Of a stretch of DNA of 49,132 nucleotides, positions 47,969 through 49,132 are shown piece by piece. Numbering within the stretch: position 1 is the stretch's first letter; each line of letters begins with the position of its first letter. The notes beneath the pieces were generated by a model, which worked only from the letters and a program-made list of their open reading frames with translations, searched no databases and was not told the DNA's origin. A program made the position numbers and the translations under genes. Origin of the DNA: Bacteroidales bacterium. Lineage in GTDB: Bacteria > Bacteroidota > Bacteroidia > Bacteroidales > VadinHA17. The DNA is taken from contig JANNKF010000170.1 of assembly GCA_031396165.1 (NCBI GenBank), forward strand, positions 1-49,132, written 5' to 3'.

Positions 47969-49090
47969 ATGAAGAAAATTTTTATTTTATTACTGATTAT
48001 CTGTTTTTTATCAGACATTTCTGTTTCCGCTCAAAAGCAAAAACCTATCGACTCTAAGGCAACAAAGGAGACAGCAAACCTCTATAAAAATCTTGGCAAG
48101 CTATCAAAAGACCACACTCTCTTTGGTCATCAGCATGCCACTGAATATGGACATGGATGGTCAGGCGAAGCAGGCCGATCTGATGTGAAATCGGTAACAG
48201 GTTCCCATCCCGGAGTAATAGGAATAGATATCAACGGAATTACCGGAGCAAATCCGGAAAGAGTGAAGAAAGGTAAAGAAGATTTAAAGAAAGTAGTCGA
48301 AGATGCTTATAACCGTGGTATTGTAATTACTGCAGCATGGCATTTCTCAAACCCTGTTTCAAAAGGAGGATTCAACTGGGTCGACACATTGTCATTACCT
48401 GCTGTTAAGTATATTATACCGGGCGGAGAAGCACACGAAAAATACAAGGAGATACTTAATGGAATTGGCGAATGGGCAAACAGCATAAAAGGTTCCGACG
48501 GAAAGAGTGTCCCGGTAATCTTCAGGCCTTATCATGAATTCGACGGTGGATGGTTCTGGTGGGGCAAACCGCACTGCACCAGGGAGGAATTTATTTCACT
48601 CTGGCAATTTACTGTCTCTTATTTACGCGATGAACTTGGTGTTCACAACTTTCTATACTGCTTCTCACCCGATAACAGGTTCAATTCTGAAGAAGAGTAC
48701 CTTGAAAGATATCCCGGAGACGAATGGGTAGATATGGTTGGCATGGATAACTATGGAGATATGGGTCGCGACAGATATGATATACCCACAGCTGCCAAAA
48801 AACTTAAAATTGTATCAGATTATGCCGTTAAAGCAGGGAAACTGGCTGCCTTCACTGAAACCGGTCTGGAATCAATCCCGAATCCAGTATGGTGGACAGA
48901 AACTCTTCTTAAAACAATGAGATACAGCGATATGCATTTAAGTTATGTTCTTGTGTGGCGCAATGACACCCGCAGTCCAACTCACTTTTACGCCCCTTTC
49001 CCCGGACAGATAAGCGTACCCGATTTTATGAAGTTTTATAATGATCCTTATACTTTATTTGAAAAGGACCTGAAAAATATTTATAAGTAA
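47969..49090 (+). CDS. Glycoside hydrolase family 26 (beta-mannanase-like), secreted
   Basis: The track ORF starts at a GTG (47954). The ATG at 47969 gives MKKIFILLLIICFLSDISVSA, a signal peptide. GH26 blocks LFGHQHATEYGHGW, RPYHEFDGGWFWWG (acid/base Glu) and AFTETG (nucleophile Glu). Confidence 0.85.
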   Translation: MKKIFILLLIICFLSDISVSAQKQKPIDSKATKETANLYKNLGKLSKDHTLFGHQHATEYGHGWSGEAGRSDVKSVTGSHPGVIGIDINGITGANPERVKKGKEDLKKVVEDAYNRGIVITAAWHFSNPVSKGGFNWVDTLSLPAVKYIIPGGEAHEKYKEILNGIGEWANSIKGSDGKSVPVIFRPYHEFDGGWFWWGKPHCTREEFISLWQFTVSYLRDELGVHNFLYCFSPDNRFNSEEEYLERYPGDEWVDMVGMDNYGDMGRDRYDIPTAAKKLKIVSDYAVKAGKLAAFTETGLESIPNPVWWTETLLKTMRYSDMHLSYVLVWRNDTRSPTHFYAPFPGQISVPDFMKFYNDPYTLFEKDLKNIYK

Positions 49091-49132
49091 GGCAGCAATT
49101 CCAAAAACAGCCTATGTTCCTGTTTATTAATT

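Overview
This 49.1-kb chromosomal segment looks like Bacteroidota. It is AT-rich, has no Shine-Dalgarno boxes before start codons, and carries TAnnTTTG-type -7 boxes. It also has a TonB-receptor/DUF4249 pair, BF3164-type 6-bladed beta-propeller lipoproteins and a long-form cold-shock protein. I can support 36 protein-coding genes:
- secreted CAZymes (GH2, GH43, GH26 and a GHL6/GH42M-like protein)
- a tight 4-gene TonB-dependent receptor operon
- an RND efflux operon with one adaptor and two permease paralogues but no outer-membrane factor
- a molybdenum-hydroxylase operon (XdhC, MocA-like, 2Fe-2S subunit, MoCo subunit)
- an amidase and tatA

The most notable region is a ~13-kb island (26.7-39.9 kb). 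Its genes are homologues of normally cytoplasmic sugar and sugar-acid enzymes: two enolase-superfamily dehydratases, a UxuA-type mannonate dehydratase, xylose-isomerase-like TIM barrels and a Gfo/Idh/MocA oxidoreductase. They carry twin-arginine (Tat) signal peptides and sit with DUF1080, DUF362 and mutarotase-like secreted proteins. No transporter, kinase, aldolase, regulator or SusC/SusD is present.

I saw no rRNA, tRNA, CRISPR array, transposase, integrase or phage gene.

The second striking property is non-coding. Most intergenic regions longer than ~150 bp are filled with short palindromic repeat modules from at least eight sequence families. One is a 159-bp MITE with 19-bp terminal inverted repeats and a perfect 10-bp target-site duplication. 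Two ORFs (RND permease 1 and XdhC) read into such repeats and gain repeat-encoded C-terminal tails.

All family calls come from motif recognition by eye. No searches were run.
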